Below, one piece after another: positions 6,777 to 16,850 of a stretch of DNA of 32,000 nt. The notes beneath the pieces were generated by a model, which had not been told where the DNA came from, did no database searches, and saw only the letters and a program-made list of their open reading frames with translations. Within the stretch, counting starts at the first letter, position 1. The number at the start of each line of letters is the position of its first letter. A program made the position numbers and the translations under genes. Source of the stretch: Gemmata obscuriglobus (GTDB lineage: Bacteria; Planctomycetota; Planctomycetia; Gemmatales; Gemmataceae); contig NZ_CP042911.1 in assembly GCF_008065095.1 (NCBI RefSeq), positions 5,970,001-6,002,000 of the forward strand, in the 5' to 3' direction.

Positions 6777-7456
6777 CTAAAACAGCGACCGCTGCTGTAG
6801 CCTCTTCACCCGCACCGCGAACGCCGGAACGGCCCCTTGCGCTCCTGGCCCATCATCGGGCTTATCGTCCGCAGGCTTCGTTTCTTCCGGCTTCGGCTCC
6901 TCGACCGGTTTCGCCTCTTCCGCCATAACCACTCGCTCACTCCGCCGCCGTTCCGCTTTCGGTTTCTCACGGACCCGCGCCGGTGCCGCTTCCACCTGGT
7001 GGCCTGCCTTCAGCGCCTTGATCTGCTCCGCGAGTTCGCCCGCCGTGGGTTCGCCCTCCGCTGGGGTGCCCGAGAGGGATGTCTTCAGCCGGTCCCGCAG
7101 GCCCGTGAGCTCTTCCATGTACGCTGTGTGCTGGAACACCCGCCCGATCCGGGCCTCGTAATCCGCGAGCTGCCGCTGTGCGAGTTCGCGGTCCTGCTTC
7201 GCCCGGTCGATCAGCTCGCCGTAGGAGTCCGCAAGCCTCCCGAGCGCGTTCAGCACGGCGCGCGGCCCATGTGACGAAAGCAACCCGGTACGCGAGGCTT
7301 GCCCTTCGAGGTAAACGTCCGCTCCCCCGACGGGATGACGCTCGATGCCGAAAGCCAAGCCGCGGTACTTCCCGAGGGGAAACCGGCGGGTGTAGCTCAC
7401 CGTCTCGGGGATGCGGTCCAGGGCGTTCGCCAGCGCGGTGTCCTGGGGAGTGATGT
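6777..7456 (-). pseudogene. C-terminal fragment of the IS-disrupted DarB-like methyltransferase/helicase gene
   Basis: It continues in frame from 9054 once the IS4-like element and one TSD copy are removed (..GGRNITP|QDTALANALD..). The first four codons of track ORF 6777..7469 (VHST) are IS inverted-repeat sequence. Confidence 0.8.
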
Positions 7457-9053
7457 CAGTGCTATGCACATCTTGGATTTGTATAACTGATTGCGGATTG
7501 CTGATTTAGGGTTTTCACTGCGACGAAATTGGGGTTAACCGAGTGGTCGTGGGACGCGGGGTGGTGCGGGGTCCGCGACCCGGGACATGGAGGTCACCGT
7601 GATTCTGCCACCTCATCAGCGCGTCCCACGCTCCCAACCGCACGCGCCCACGGACTTCGCGCGCCAGGTCCTGGAGGGCCTGCCACTGGCCCACGCGTCG
7701 CTCGCACTCTTCGCCTATGGCGTTCCCGACCCGGTCCTCGCGGACCTCTACGAGCGACATCGGGGACGCGGCTATGAGGACGTCGTGACCTTCGCCCAAC
7801 TGGTCACCTGGATCTTCGATGCGCTCATCGAACACCAGGGCTCGGGGCGGCAGGCCCACCTGCGACGCCACCGGCAACCCGACGACGGGTGCCACGAAGC
7901 GTTCTACGGCAAGCTCCGGCGCATCCCCCGGGGCCTGAGCGAAGCGTTCCTGCGGGACGTCACCGACCGGTTCACCGCCCTGTTCCCCGAGGTCGTCGCG
8001 CACCGCCTTCCGACCTCCTTCGACCGCCTGGAGGTTCTGATCCTCGACGGCAAGAGTCTCAAGAAGGTGGCCAAGCGACTCGTCGACACGCGGGGCACAC
8101 CGGGCAAGCTCTTGGGCGGAAAACTGCTCGTGGCGTACCGGCCCCGTGACGGGTTGGTGCTCGACATGGCGGCCGATCTCGATGGCGAAACCAACGAGGC
8201 CAAACTGATCCCCGATTTGATGCCCCGAGTGCACGCCCGAGGCGGTCCGGCGAAACTGGTGGTCGGGGATCGGTTGTTCTGTGCGTCGAAGCACTTCGCC
8301 GAGTTCACCAAGGACAATGGTCATTTCGTGGTGCGGTACGCGCGGACCCTGTCGTTCGAACCCGACCCGAAGCGCCCCGCGGTCACGACCGCGGACCCAT
8401 CCCAACGAGCCGTGGTCGAAGAATGGGGGTGGGCCGGGAAGCCCAAGGACAAGCTCCGCCGGTACGTCCGGCGGATCACCGTCGCGCGCCCGGTGGGCGA
8501 AGCGATTACAATCCTCACGGACCTGCTCGATTCGGCCCCATACCCGGCGACCGATCTGTTGGACCTGTACCGCATCCGGTGGACCATCGAAGGCACGTTC
8601 CAAAAGGTGACGGCGATCTTCGCCCTGGGTCGGTTCATCGGTTCGACACCGGAGGCGACCGTGTTTCAGGCGTCGATGTGTTTCGTCCTCGCGAACGTGG
8701 TGCAGGTCCTCCAGGGCTATGTGGTTGCGAAGCGGAAGGTGACCATCGACGACCTCTCGACGGCGCAGTTCTGCACGGACTGGCATCGTCAGTTGGCCGC
8801 GCTCAAGGAGTTGGTCGAGGTGTCGATGATCGTGTCCCTGATCCCGACGGATCAGACGGCAGAGAGTGTGGGAACGTTGTTGGATCAGTTATTGGGCACG
8901 ATGTGGAAGCCGGGCTGGGACAAGACACGCAACAAGGCGCCCCGTGCCCACCCGCACGCCGCGAAACAGAAGGGGGCACACACCTCCGTCCAACGGCGTC
9001 GACAAGCCCACAAGCCCAACGAGGATCCCTGAACTCAGTTGTGCACAGCACTG
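7457..9053 (+). mobile_element. IS4-family-like insertion sequence (1,597 bp)
   Basis: IRs CAGTGCTATGCAC (7457-7469) and GTGCACAGCACTG (9041-9053). Perfect 9-bp TSD GAGTGATGT at 7448-7456 and 9054-9062. Confidence 0.85.
7587..9032 (+). CDS. IS4-family DDE transposase (481 aa)
   Basis: Y-x2-R-x3-E signature in LYRIRWTIEGTFQKV, with upstream DDE-like blocks (ILDGKSL.., VVGDRLF..). Confidence 0.85.
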   Translation: MEVTVILPPHQRVPRSQPHAPTDFARQVLEGLPLAHASLALFAYGVPDPVLADLYERHRGRGYEDVVTFAQLVTWIFDALIEHQGSGRQAHLRRHRQPDDGCHEAFYGKLRRIPRGLSEAFLRDVTDRFTALFPEVVAHRLPTSFDRLEVLILDGKSLKKVAKRLVDTRGTPGKLLGGKLLVAYRPRDGLVLDMAADLDGETNEAKLIPDLMPRVHARGGPAKLVVGDRLFCASKHFAEFTKDNGHFVVRYARTLSFEPDPKRPAVTTADPSQRAVVEEWGWAGKPKDKLRRYVRRITVARPVGEAITILTDLLDSAPYPATDLLDLYRIRWTIEGTFQKVTAIFALGRFIGSTPEATVFQASMCFVLANVVQVLQGYVVAKRKVTIDDLSTAQFCTDWHRQLAALKELVEVSMIVSLIPTDQTAESVGTLLDQLLGTMWKPGWDKTRNKAPRAHPHAAKQKGAHTSVQRRRQAHKPNEDP

Positions 9054-12000
9054 GAGTGATGTTACGGCCGCCGATCACGAGGGAATCGCCACCGGAGAGC
9101 GTCTTCGCGTCGGCCTCAAGTGCCACGAGCCGCTTCTCCGTCCGCTCGATCGTCTGCGGCAGTTCGCGGAGGTTCTTCCGCGCCAGATACTGCTCGTCGG
9201 CGTGGTTCCGCTTCAGCACCCCGAGCCGCTGCAACTCCGCATCCGCTTCCGCGAGCGTGAGCACGGCTGGGTTCCCGGACGCGATGGCCTTCACCTCGGC
9301 GTAGCTCATCTCCTGGCCACCGACGTCCTCGGCCTTCCGGAGGCCGGATTCACCCGTCATGATCTGCCCGATGAACTTCGCCTTCGTCTCCAGCGCCTGC
9401 CACATGTAAGCGTCGAAGCTCCCTTCCGTGACGTAGCGGTAGATCGCGACTTCCTCGTTCTGGTTCCCCTGGCGGAGGATGCGGCCGTCACGCTGTTCCA
9501 CTTCGGCGGGCTTCCACGGTGCATCGAGGTGGTGCATCGCCACGAGACGCTTCTGCACGTTGGTCCCGGTACCCATCTTCGAGGTCGAGCCGATCAGCAC
9601 ACGCACCGCGCCGTTCCTGACCTTCTCGAACAGCGCCTGCTTCTTGGCGTCGGAGTCTGCGTCGCCCATCACGGCGATCTGGTCGCGAGGGATGCCGTGG
9701 GCGGTGAGCTTCGCCACGATTTCGTCGTAAGGGCAGTAGCCCCAGGAGGTGGGGTTCACGCCCATGTCGCAGAAGATCATCTGTGTGCCCTTGGTCGGGG
9801 CGGTGTTCTGCCAGATGCCAGCGACGTTCTCCACCATCCGGTTGACCTTCGACCCCTCGAACTCCCTGGCACCGGCGGTGAGCATGCGCGCGTCGAGTGC
9901 CAGTTTCCGCCCGTCGGTCGTGATGGCGAGCGCGTTGTCCTCGCGCGGATCGACCCCGCCGTTCCTGATCCGCTCGTACCGCTCGACCAGCTTCTGCTGG
10001 AGCGCCTCCTGCTCGTCGGACATGGGGCAGGCGACGACATGGGGCTTCCCGCCTTCCAGCTTCGGCCGGGGCAGGTTCAGCATCTCGACGGTCTGCACGT
10101 CGGCGAACGCGCGGAACATCTGCTGCAGCTCAGGCAGGTTCACGAACTTCGAGAACCGGGCGCGTGGCTTGAGCGATTTGCCATCCGGGGAGATCTCCAT
10201 CGCCTCAACGACCTCGCCGAAAGTGGCGGCCCAGGCGTCGAAGTGCTCGATGCCGCGATCGCGTAGGCCCTGCGGATCGAAGAACCGCTGAAGGGTGTAG
10301 AGTTCAACCAGCGAGTTGCTGATGGGTGTGCCGCTCGCACCGACGAGGCCATGGCCGGGGTGCCGCTCGTGGAGGAAGCGGGCCTTCATGAACAGGTCGA
10401 ACGCGCGTTCCGAACCGCCAGTCTGGATGCCGGCGACACGGTCCATCTTGCTGGGCGTTTCGAGGTTCTTATGCGCCTGTACTTCATCAATAAACAGGTG
10501 ATCGACACCCAGCTCATCGAAAACGAGGCCGCAGTCCTTCTTGTCGCTGGCGAGCAGGTCTTTCAGCTTCGCTTCGCGAGCGGCTTTCTGCTTCTCGATC
10601 ACCTTCAGCATGTTCCGATTGGACTTCGAGAACTTCTCCGCCGCACGATCCGCCAGCAGCTCGTCGTACTCGGCGATCTGCTCCCGCAGGAACTTCTCCT
10701 GGTACTCACGCGACATTCCAATGCGCTCGAAGCTGGAATGCGTGACGATGATCGCGTCCCAATCCCCGGAGGCGATCTTCGCGGTGAGGAACTTGCGGCG
10801 CTCCTTGGTCAGGTCTTCCTTCGAGGCGATCAAGAGCTTGGCGTTGGGGTAAAGTTGGAGGAACTCGCGGCCGAACTGCTCGAGCATGTGATTGGGTATA
10901 ACGCACATCGGCTTCTTGATGAGTCCGGCCTGCTTCATCTTCATTGCCGACGCAGCCATGACGTAGCTCTTGCCGGCCCCGACCGTGTGGGCCAGCAGCG
11001 TGTTTCCGCCGGACATGCTCCGCCAGATGGCGTCCTTCTGGTGCGGGCGAAGTGCTATGGCCTCGCTCATCCCCGGAAATTCGAGGTGCGAGCCATCGAA
11101 CTGGCGCGGCCGGAGATTGTTGAACGCGTCGTTGTAAGTCCGCACCAGCCGCTCCGTGCGGTCGGGCTCGGCGAATACCCACGAGCGGAACTGCTCCTTG
11201 ATCTGTTTCTGCTTCTCCTTCGCCCGGAGCGTCTCCTCCTGGTTCACCATCCGCTTTTCGGGGTCGCCCGGCACGGGATCGTAGATGACAGGGGACTTCA
11301 TGTTGAGCGCAAGCTCAAAAAGCCACAATCCGCTGGCGCGTGCCGTGCCGTAATCGGAGGTGACGGCCACCGACCGCTGGGCTGAGTAATCCCCTTCCAC
11401 GCTCCACACCGCGTCCTTGGCCATGTGGGAGATGCTGATCGAAGACGGTGCGACGTGGAACAGTTCGGCGGCGAACTTCTGCACGTCGGAAACCGGAACC
11501 CACGGCGCGCCGAGGTTGGCGTCGATGTCGCCTGGCAACACGTCCTCGGGCTGAACCGCCTTCAGGGCGTCGATGTTCCGAGCGGCTCCGGCTCTCTCAG
11601 CGGCCGCAAGCTTCGCGCGGACGTTTCCGGACAGATACGCGTCGGCCGTCTCCCACCGCTTTGATTCGGGGTCGAGGTAAATCAGACCACCGAGTTCGCT
11701 GACGACATTGGCCTCGGGTTGACCGTAGAGCTTCGCAATCAGGGGCAGATCGACCCCGCCCGTGCGGTCGAGCGAGACGAGCAGCCCTTCTTCTGCGGTC
11801 GCGGCGTGCGTGACCGGCGGCGTTTTGCCCACCACGTCCTTAAGCAGAATCGGGGCTTTCTTCGCCTCGCCCGTCTGCTCGTCGTACTCCTCCAGCGCCA
11901 TAACCAGCATGGCGTCCGGGTCTTCGCGGAACTTCACCAGGTTCGGCATGCGGCGGATCGAGGTGCCGTCAGCGGTATCCGAGATGGTGGTCTTGTTGAT

Positions 12001-12963
12001 CGCTCCGTAGGCCGACTTGAAGATGTCGTAAGCGGCATTCAGTTTCCGGCGGGCGTCCTCGCGCGCGTGAGCGGGCCAGCCCTCATTCTGCGACCGGAGT
12101 ACATACCGGGCCTTATCGCGGAGTTCGATCAGCGCGCCCATCCGACGTCCGACCAGCGCGCCGTTGGCCCAGAGTTCACCGCCACCATAAACGACAGGCG
12201 AGGCGGCACCATCGACCATCTGGTGGATGCGTCCCTCGTGGACGAAGAAGCTGCCCTCGGTGACGTGGCGCTCGGGCGGGGGCGGGACGAAGGTAGGTGC
12301 TACTTGATGAGTTGAGCCGCTTACTTGATGAGTTTGGTCTGATACTTGAGGTTTCCGGGTCAGTTCCGGCAGCCGCTCCACCGCCTGCTTCAACTGCTCT
12401 GCGAGATCGCCATTCGAGAGGACGCTGTAACCCTCGCCATACAGGCTATCCTTGCCCGAGTACGTGCCCAGCACCATCTCAGGGTGCGTTTTGAAGTAGT
12501 GGTTGATCGGCAGCGACCGACCGTCGATCTCGGTGGGTTCGGCCTTCAGCCAGTCGGGGTCGGCGTGGTGTGCCGGTTCGCCGGGCCCGCGCTTCCGCAG
12601 GAACACGATGTCGGTAACGACGGCTGTACCTTCCCGTTTAAAGGCGTCCGACGGCAGCCGGATGGCCCCGAGGAAGTCGGCCTTGTCACCGAGGTACTCA
12701 CGGATCGCGGCGTTGTTCTTGTCGAGGGTGTAGTGGCTGGTCACGAGTGCCAGCACCCCGCCGGGCTTCAGGGCGTCCGTGGCCTTCGCGAAGAAGTAAT
12801 CGTGCAGGGCGAACTTCTGCCCGTGGTGGTCGAGCTTCAGGTCAGCGAACGGGACGTTGCCGATGACGGCGTCGAGTTCGGGCAGCTTCGTCCGCTGGAA
12901 GTCTTCGTTGCGGATGTCCTGGCCGGGGTGTAGCGCCTTCGCGATCTGGGCGGAGACGGAATC
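9054..12963 (-). pseudogene. central fragment of the DarB-like N6-adenine methyltransferase + SNF2-family helicase gene
   Basis: MTase motif IV-like GNVPF. Helicase motifs are LLAHTVGAGKSYVM (I), LFIDEVQAHKN (II), SGTPISNS (III) and QRDGRILRQGN (VI). Track ORF 8803..12975 begins in IS sequence (TTG at 12975) and ends by reading into the IS4 element. Confidence 0.85.
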
Positions 12964-14220
12964 CAGTAGTTTCAAGTTGGCGGCTTGGTTTTGTTGGCCG
13001 ATCGTGCAGTAGTAATGGACTTATTTTCGCCATCTGTAGGTGCCAGCCCATCGGCCAACAGTATCAGGCATACCGCCGCCAGTGTCCACCCGAGGCCGCG
13101 GGCTGAGCGGGACCACAACCAGGCGTTACGCAGGATCAGCCCGACGGCGACCCACAGGAGTCGCACGACCCCATCGGTGGTCGAGGTCCGGGGCCGAACC
13201 TGCCCCAACTGGCGGTAGCTGCTCTCGATCCCGAATCGGGTCCGGTACAGGTCCCGAATCGCCACCGGGCTCCCGCTCACCCGCCACGCCGCGTACAGTA
13301 ACTTCTTGCTCCGCCGGCCCCCGGTCCGCCGGTACCGGTAGCTCTTGTGAGCGATCACCACGTGCACCCGCACCGAGGTGCCCCGATCCGCGTGGGTGTA
13401 CGCATATCGACCCGCGCCCCGCCGCCGCACGGCCCGCAACCCGACCCCCTTCACCCCGGGCCGGGGCTTGCGGCCCCGGACCACGGCCGGGATCACGAAC
13501 GGCACACCCCGCGCCTGGAGCAACCGCATCACCGCGATCGAGAAGAACGCCTTGTCCAGCAGCGCGACCCGGACCGTAACCCGTGCCGCCGTCACCTGAT
13601 CCAACAGCCGGGTGAGCACCGCGGTCATCGGCTCCTTCTCGCCCACGGCCGTCAACCCGAGCGTGTACCGGTCCGGTCCCCCGACGAGGCACGCGGTGGC
13701 GTACGTGTGGAACGTGTGGGTGCCGCCGGCCCCCTTGGACCGGGTGGTGTCCCGGTTCGGCGTCCCGAAGTACCCGATCCGGTGGTAGTCGATCGCGACC
13801 CGAGCCGCCCGCTTCCGCTTGCCGAGCGGGGCGTGGAGGGCCGGCCGCAACCGCCGCTCGAGGGTGCGGCGCCGCTTGGGCAGCGTGAGGTACAAGCAAT
13901 CCCAGATGGCCTGCCCGGACGGGGCGTCGGCGATCGCGGCACAGGCCGCGGCCACCGAGCGGGCGAACGCCGCGGCGAACAGCACCACCCGCCACACCAC
14001 CTCGGGTGTACAGGTGCGGCGACGCTTGGGCAGTTGGACCGCACGGCCGAGCCAGTCGGTCAGGACCGGACGGAGGTGCCGGGTGGCGTGGGCCGGGGTG
14101 GCTCGGATAGACTGACGTTTGGGTCGCATGGGGGCTCCGACAGTGGAGGCGTGGTAACCACCATTGACCGGTAAACCCATGCGGCCCGCTACTCATAAAT
14201 CGCCCAACTTGAAACTACTG
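12964..14220 (-). mobile_element. ISH3-like insertion sequence, copy A (1,257 bp)
   Basis: 17-bp perfect IRs CAGTAGTTTCAAGTTGG / CCAACTTGAAACTACTG. 5-bp TSD GAATC at 12959-12963 and 14221-14225. Near-identical to 22004..23260. Confidence 0.9.
12972..14180 (-). CDS. DDE transposase (402 aa), ISH3/IS4-superfamily-like
   Basis: YRTRFGIESSYRQLGQVRPRTSTTD..VRLLWVAVGLILRNAW matches the Y-R-E tail (GIE[ST]SYR) that I associate with ISH3-family transposases. The family call is tentative. Confidence 0.85.
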   Translation of the reverse strand: MGLPVNGGYHASTVGAPMRPKRQSIRATPAHATRHLRPVLTDWLGRAVQLPKRRRTCTPEVVWRVVLFAAAFARSVAAACAAIADAPSGQAIWDCLYLTLPKRRRTLERRLRPALHAPLGKRKRAARVAIDYHRIGYFGTPNRDTTRSKGAGGTHTFHTYATACLVGGPDRYTLGLTAVGEKEPMTAVLTRLLDQVTAARVTVRVALLDKAFFSIAVMRLLQARGVPFVIPAVVRGRKPRPGVKGVGLRAVRRRGAGRYAYTHADRGTSVRVHVVIAHKSYRYRRTGGRRSKKLLYAAWRVSGSPVAIRDLYRTRFGIESSYRQLGQVRPRTSTTDGVVRLLWVAVGLILRNAWLWSRSARGLGWTLAAVCLILLADGLAPTDGENKSITTARSANKTKPPT

Positions 14221-14831
14221 GAATCCAGTTCGACCCCTATATACCGCTTACCGGGACGGAGGAATGTGCCGGGCCCGCATCCCGGCTCCAGCACCAGCGC
14301 GTCATCCGGCACCCCGAGCCGGGTCAGGGCCGAGTGCATCGCATCGACGACGGTGGGTGAGGTGTAGAAGGCGTTGAACGTGGTGCGCCGGGCGGATGCG
14401 TACTCCTCGTGCGTGAGCAGGGCTTTCAGTTCCTCGCCGAGCGCCTTCCACGAGTCGTCCTTGTACTGGCCATTAGCGGGGTTCGGGAAGATGGAGAGGG
14501 CCACCGGACCCATGCCGGGGTATTTGGCGAGCGTGTCGCGTTCCTCTGGGGTAGCGGGTGTGCCGCGCTTCTCGACCTGGTGGAGCGTCTTGATCGCGGC
14601 AATGATGTCGCGTGCCTTGCCCTTTTCCCCGTTGGAGAGCGGAGGTCCGCGGACTGCCTCGGGGACGGGATCGACGGGCGGGGTGACCGGTGCTGCTGGG
14701 GGACGCACACGTTCGGCAAACGTCGAGGCCGGTGGCTTCTCTCCGACGCGATCGGCAAACGTGGCTGGCGGTTCTTCGTCCAGGTAATCGAATAGGCTCG
14801 GGCCGGGCTTCTTGGTGGGCTTCGGGGGCAT
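14221..14831 (-). pseudogene. N-terminal fragment of the DarB-like methyltransferase/helicase gene
   Basis: Contains the SAM-binding motif I VLEPGCGPGTF. It joins 12963 in frame after removal of IS copy A and one TSD (..RYIGVELDS|VSAQIAKAL..). Confidence 0.8.
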
Positions 14832-14918
14832 CTCGGGACGGGACGGGCGGTTGATGTAGCCACAGTTGTAAAGCGGATCGGCGGCAGGCGCAAGAGAAAG
14901 GCCGCGCTCGCGGACGTC

Positions 14919-15521
14919 CTAGACGCGCCCGCCGTAGCCGTGGTTGATGCCTTTTTCCGAGCGGATCATCCCGGCCACCTCGTTGAACAGCTTCTCCGCG
15001 TCGATCCGAACGCTCATGGCGTTCTCCGGCGTCAGCCGGTGCGTCCACGCTTTGTTCTGAGCTTGGTAGCGGTAGCCGGCGTCCTTCAGCTTGTCGATCA
15101 CCTCCTGGCTGGGCTTTTCCTCGAACTTCAGGGCCATTTCCCGGTACTCGCGCGACTCGAACAGGCGGACCCCGGCGACGTAGTCACCTGCGATCCCGAA
15201 CGGGTCGGGGGAGGGTTTAAACGCTCGCTTGCCAACCAACTCGGCGTGGGAACGGCCGTGTTCATGGTCATGCTCACGCGGCTTGTGGTGCCGCTCGGCA
15301 TGCCCGTGCGGCTGGTGGCCGGTCTCGTGCGCAGCCTGGCGTTCTTCCGTCATTGGACGGGGTTGTTCGATGGCGGGCAGTTCGGCGACAGGAGCGTGAA
15401 CGATGCCCTCGGGCTGGATCTGCACGCGAGGCGGCTCAACGGGTGCCGCTTCGGTGGTGGACGTTTGCTCTGCTGGTGCTTCAGTTGCGGTGGGTTCTTG
15501 TGCTCTTTTGCGACGTGCCAT
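14919..15521 (-). CDS. hypothetical His-rich protein (200 aa)
   Basis: ATG at 15521 (MARRKRAQEP) preceded by GAGAGAGGA. His-rich tract HETGHQPHGHAERHHKPREHDHEHGRSH. The C-terminal block is ..KFEEKPSQEVIDKLKDAGYRYQAQNKAWTH... It lies directly upstream of the methyltransferase/helicase gene. Confidence 0.6.
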   Translation of the reverse strand: MARRKRAQEPTATEAPAEQTSTTEAAPVEPPRVQIQPEGIVHAPVAELPAIEQPRPMTEERQAAHETGHQPHGHAERHHKPREHDHEHGRSHAELVGKRAFKPSPDPFGIAGDYVAGVRLFESREYREMALKFEEKPSQEVIDKLKDAGYRYQAQNKAWTHRLTPENAMSVRIDAEKLFNEVAGMIRSEKGINHGYGGRV

Positions 15522-16040
15522 GGGCGAATCCTCTCTCTCGGTTAAACGCCTGCCCACGACCGAGAGGGCGAGAGCAGGCCTGAGAGGAATGGCACGCCCA
15601 ACGGCATCTGTCAAGAGATTGCCTGGTAATATAAGATAATGATACCTTGTTTGATAAGTCATATTTGATTCGAAGCAATCACTTCATGATCCCTGCTGCA
15701 CTCTATTGCCGGCAATCGCACTACACACTGCCGCGGCGTCTTCGATACGGATGAGGTGCGAGCGGGGTAATCGCGGATGCGAAGCGGCACGCTTGCTCCG
15801 TGGCATAACGAATCTCTCCGAGGCGCGCAAAGCCCGCCTCCCGGTTACATACGAGCGGAATCAGTCTGAGACTGCGTCCAGGATGAGTCTTTCCTCGTGT
15901 CGGAATAGCGTCGAGACACTTGCAGAATTAACTGGATTTGCAGTGGCCAACTGGGATTTCATTCCGTAGGGGCTGCGGGGGCAAAGTTTGAGGCAATGCC
16001 CGTGCCATTAGGCGCCTACATACCCTTACGGAGTTTTCCG

Positions 16041-16517
16041 ATGGAAGAGTCTAACTCGCTCCCTGAACTCCTGCGTTCAATGGGACGAATTGCCCTTCCG
16101 TTCCACGACAAGGAAGACGCTGCTCAGGATGCTGAGGTCGCGTTCCTGATGTACGAGGGAGAACCGTTGGACAACACGCTCGCATGGAAGGTCACCGCCG
16201 CTCGCCGGAGGGCTTTCAAAATCGCTCGAAAGAAGCGTGCGTGCGATACGTGCGATCTCAGCGGGGCCGAGATGGCCGAAACCAACTCGGCCAGAGAGGT
16301 GGAGCAGCGAGACTGTGCCCGGGCCGTAAGGGAAGCCGTTGCAGCCCTCCCGGAAGATCTCCGTGTGGTAGTGGTCATCTGCTACCTCGAAGAGAAGACT
16401 GGAATTGAAGCCGCCTGTGCGTGTAGGGTGCAGCCAAGCACCGTCTGTCGACGCCTCCAGCAAGCCCTCGAAATGCTCCGCAGCACTATGATCGCGCGAG
16501 GGTTGGGGCCGAGCTAA
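16041..16517 (+). CDS. short ECF-type sigma-70 family factor (158 aa)
   Basis: Region 2-like DAAQDAEVAFL...LAWKVTAARRRAFKIARKK. Region 4 HTH-like LPEDLRVVVVICYLEEKTGIEAACACRVQPSTVCRRLQQALEMLR. GGAG lies 8 nt upstream of ATG 16041, and an alternative ATG is at 15996. Confidence 0.75.
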   Translation: MEESNSLPELLRSMGRIALPFHDKEDAAQDAEVAFLMYEGEPLDNTLAWKVTAARRRAFKIARKKRACDTCDLSGAEMAETNSAREVEQRDCARAVREAVAALPEDLRVVVVICYLEEKTGIEAACACRVQPSTVCRRLQQALEMLRSTMIARGLGPS

Positions 16518-16850
16518 CGAACTGCAACGCAATTCCTCTGCCGCCCGCGGCACGCTATCAGTGAAGCCTCGCAGCTACGCGCCACACCTCGCCCAGATCG
16601 TTCCCAGCCCCCTGATCACTCGCCCAGCGAACCTACCGCACACTGTGCGTCCGCGAGGGTACGTCCATGGACCAAGACCCAGACATACTGCTCGCAATCG
16701 CCCAGTGGCTAAGCGAAGGCGGGCGAAGCTTGCCCGACGATTAGTTCAGCAATCCCGGCCGAAGGCACGTTGCCCCGGCCTCATTCCCACCCATTACGGG
16801 GCGGAGGTGTTCGATGAACCGGACGGGCGATGCCCCACAAAGGGGGCTTC

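Noticed and set aside
8803-9053. C-terminal ~85 residues of the 1,390-aa track ORF (..TPVLCTTEFRDPRWACGLVD...)
   Set aside because: This is read-through into the antisense strand of the IS4-like element. The real gene continues at 7447 after the IS and one TSD copy are removed.
7515-11385. Long antisense ORFs (7515..8786 -, 8866..10266 +, 10351..11385 +) opposite the IS4 transposase and the helicase gene
   Set aside because: Same reasoning: low-complexity translations opposite strongly motif-bearing genes.
13126-14196. Long ORFs inside the ISH3-like copies in frames other than the transposase frame (13126..14196 -, 13347..14174 +, and the copy B equivalents)
   Set aside because: They have Arg/Pro/Gly-rich, low-complexity translations typical of shadow frames in GC-rich DNA. 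The 402-aa frame carries the recognisable DDE/YRE transposase motifs.
15705-15716. 12-bp perfect palindrome ATTGCCGGCAAT in the sigma/His-rich intergenic region, as a parS or operator
   Set aside because: Several perfect 12-bp palindromes are expected by chance in 32 kb. I found no second copy and no similarity to the canonical parS.
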